Assembly: GCA_963811165.1 (NCBI GenBank)
Contig: CAWEQH010000004.1
Location: 416,001-480,000 of the forward strand
Origin: an uncultured Nitrospiraceae bacterium
GTDB taxonomy: Bacteria > Nitrospirota > Thermodesulfovibrionia > Thermodesulfovibrionales > UBA6898
Direction of reading: 5' to 3'
DNA length: 64,000 bases
Made by a program: the position numbers and the translations under genes. The notes beneath the pieces were generated by a model. The model had not been told where the DNA came from and ran no database searches. It worked only from the letters and a program-made list of their open reading frames with translations. Positions 62,172 through 64,000 of the stretch are shown piece after piece. Within the stretch, counting starts at the first letter, position 1. The number at the start of each line of letters is the position of its first letter.

Positions 62172-62930
62172 CTAAGGGAATGGGCGAGAACGGATATCGC
62201 GATATCCAGGTGCGCCTCGGGGGTAAAGCGCGGTCCCAGCAGGCGGGACTGACCGGGTTTGTTTAAGAGACGGTCGTCGAATAATGCCGCGGGGCAGCGT
62301 TGTCTCAGTTGCCCAAGCAGGTGGATGAAGTTCGCCGTCCTCGTGAGCTGGAGCGCCGGGCCGAGGGAATCGTAGAGTACGCCGGATTCGAGAAAAACGA
62401 TCGGCTGAAGTGTGGCGCCATAGATATGCAGAAAGCCATCGCGCGAAGTCGGTGCTGGTCGTGCTTGTCACCGTAACCGACTTGGTCATCTTCAGGCCGC
62501 CTGACAAGATCGCCGCGCCGGGGTCGAACTTGGTTTTTTTTTCAGTTTCCGTCTTGCTGGTATGCGTTATCCGGGTCCCCCGGATGATGACGGTAATGCC
62601 TGTATAGGCCATCCGCACTTCCTCCCCCGTCCTTGTTCCTACCACCAGTTCGTTGTCCGCCAGGAAAAAGGTGCGGGCGATGATCCTTTTTTTGTCGGTC
62701 TCAATCTCATCCTGGCTGAGGACAAGGGGATTGATGCCTGCGGCACGCAGTTGTTCCGCCCTTTTGTCTGCGTCACGCTCATTGCCGAAACTTGCGATTA
62801 TGACCGGCCCCGCACCCGCACCCGCGATGCGTGTCCGCGCCTCATAGAGCGTAATTCCAAGGGCTTGTGCAAGGGCTTGGCCCATGGCTTCCCTGTCTTC
62901 TCCTAGGTGATCGACTGCCAGGATATGCAT
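62172..62930 (-). CDS. Hypothetical protein (3' part probably frameshifted)
   Basis: Plausible N-terminal ~160 aa, then low-quality translation. Confidence 0.5.
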   Translation of the reverse strand: MHILAVDHLGEDREAMGQALAQALGITLYEARTRIAGAGAGPVIIASFGNERDADKRAEQLRAAGINPLVLSQDEIETDKKRIIARTFFLADNELVVGTRTGEEVRMAYTGITVIIRGTRITHTSKTETEKKTKFDPGAAILSGGLKMTKSVTVTSTTSTDFARWLSAYLWRHTSADRFSRIRRTLRFPRPGAPAHEDGELHPPAWATETTLPRGIIRRPSLKQTRSVPPAGTALYPRGAPGYRDIRSRPFP

Positions 62931-63138
62931 CTATTCATTATACTCCGTGCTATCGGTTCACGCACTGACCGGCCGCAGGCCGGCCATTTTTCGGAGCTGA
63001 TCTGTCCACAAACTGGTCGGAAGGCAGACTGGAGTTCTTGACATCAAGTGGCAGCCGGTACTTTTGTCTGATACACTTGTAATAATGACGGCCCCTAGAT
63101 TATAGGTAACCGCAGTTTGGTTATGGATGGAGGGTAAG

Positions 63139-64000
63139 ATGTCCCTCGCTGATTTATTTTCTGCTCTAAAGACGTCCGCGGGAAGCCGGAAAATGTCTGG
63201 TCGAGTGCCGGCAGGTGCGGTGTTGTGCCTGGTGTTGGCGGCTGCGCTGTCAGTACAGCAGCAGGAAGCCGCGGCTGTTGTTACTGCCTGGCCGAATATC
63301 TCTTTGCTTAGACTAAACGGAGGACTGGTCCACCCCGTACATATCACTCACGCCGGCGACGGCAGCAGACGGTTATTCGCAGTGGAACAGGTTGGACGCA
63401 TCCGGATAATCAGGGCTGACTCACTTCTTACCGCGCCGTTTCTCGACATATCGGACCGGGTCTTGTCAGGGGGAGAGCAGGGCTTGCTTAGTGTGGCCTT
63501 TCCACCCGGTTTTGAATCAAGCGGCCGCTTCTATGTTAATTATACCCGGCAGCCCGACGGAGCTACGGTAATTGCGCGGTACCGGGTGACCGCCGATCCT
63601 GACATCACCGATCAGTTAAGCGAGGAGGTCCTCAAGGTTATCAGCCAGCCTTTTCCCAACCATAATGGCGGCCAGTTGGCCTTTGGGCCTGACGGGTTTC
63701 TCTATATCGGGATGGGCGACGGCGGGTATGCGGGTGATCCGCTCAAGAACGCTCAAAATCACGGCTCACTGCTCGGCAAAATGCTTAGGATCGATGTCGA
63801 GTCCGGCACTTTTCCTTATAGCGTGCCCCCAACAAACCCCTTTGTGTTTTCTTCAGATTACCTCCCCGAGATCTGGGCTCTCGGCCTGCGCAATCCATGG
63901 CGGTTTTCGTTCGACCGTCAGACAGGAGACCTTTATATCGGCGATGTGGGCCAGAATCTCTACGAAGAGGTCGACCTCCAGCCTGCATCGAGTACGGGCG
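63139..64000 (+). CDS. PQQ-dependent glucose/sorbosone dehydrogenase-family protein (partial, runs off the window)
   Basis: HAGDGSRRLFAVEQ, GEQGLLSVAF, NHNGGQLAFGPDG and GLRNPWRFSFD motifs. Confidence 0.9.
   Translation, partial: MSLADLFSALKTSAGSRKMSGRVPAGAVLCLVLAAALSVQQQEAAAVVTAWPNISLLRLNGGLVHPVHITHAGDGSRRLFAVEQVGRIRIIRADSLLTAPFLDISDRVLSGGEQGLLSVAFPPGFESSGRFYVNYTRQPDGATVIARYRVTADPDITDQLSEEVLKVISQPFPNHNGGQLAFGPDGFLYIGMGDGGYAGDPLKNAQNHGSLLGKMLRIDVESGTFPYSVPPTNPFVFSSDYLPEIWALGLRNPWRFSFDRQTGDLYIGDVGQNLYEEVDLQPASSTG

Overview
Bacterial chromosomal window. Gene content and protein style suggest an anaerobic Nitrospirota- or Desulfobacterota-like organism (inference). In order: a PilZ gene; a PflX-like radical SAM gene split by an IS256 element (9-bp TSD); an IS110/IS1111-type element with a guide-bearing 3' non-coding region; a small defence island (truncated C5-MTase, HNH nucleases, PD-(D/E)XK-like ORF); P-type ATPase and USP genes; an IS1202/ISNCY-type element (16-bp TSD); an arsenic/redox/FmdE/SmsCB gene run; a Mo-nitrogenase cluster (nifH-D-K-EN, MOT1 transporter, nifX, nifI1, nifI2, fdxB, GNAT, nifB, hesA-like) with two sigma54 promoters; thrS-infC-rpmI-rplT-pheS-pheT; a sensor kinase, copZ and a LeuA/NifV-family synthase; fabG-acpP-fabF-rnc; then a LysR gene followed by a tRNA-Sec-shaped RNA carrying a Cys (GCA) anticodon and U discriminator, upstream of CMD, rhodanese and YedF genes; finally secreted proteins and a second P-type ATPase. 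Many frameshifts in essential genes (40-44 kb, 52 kb) point to residual indel sequencing errors, so single-base claims need read-level checking. The top leads are the selC*-like tRNA(Cys) module and the IS1111 bridge/seek RNA, whose guides match its own flanks.
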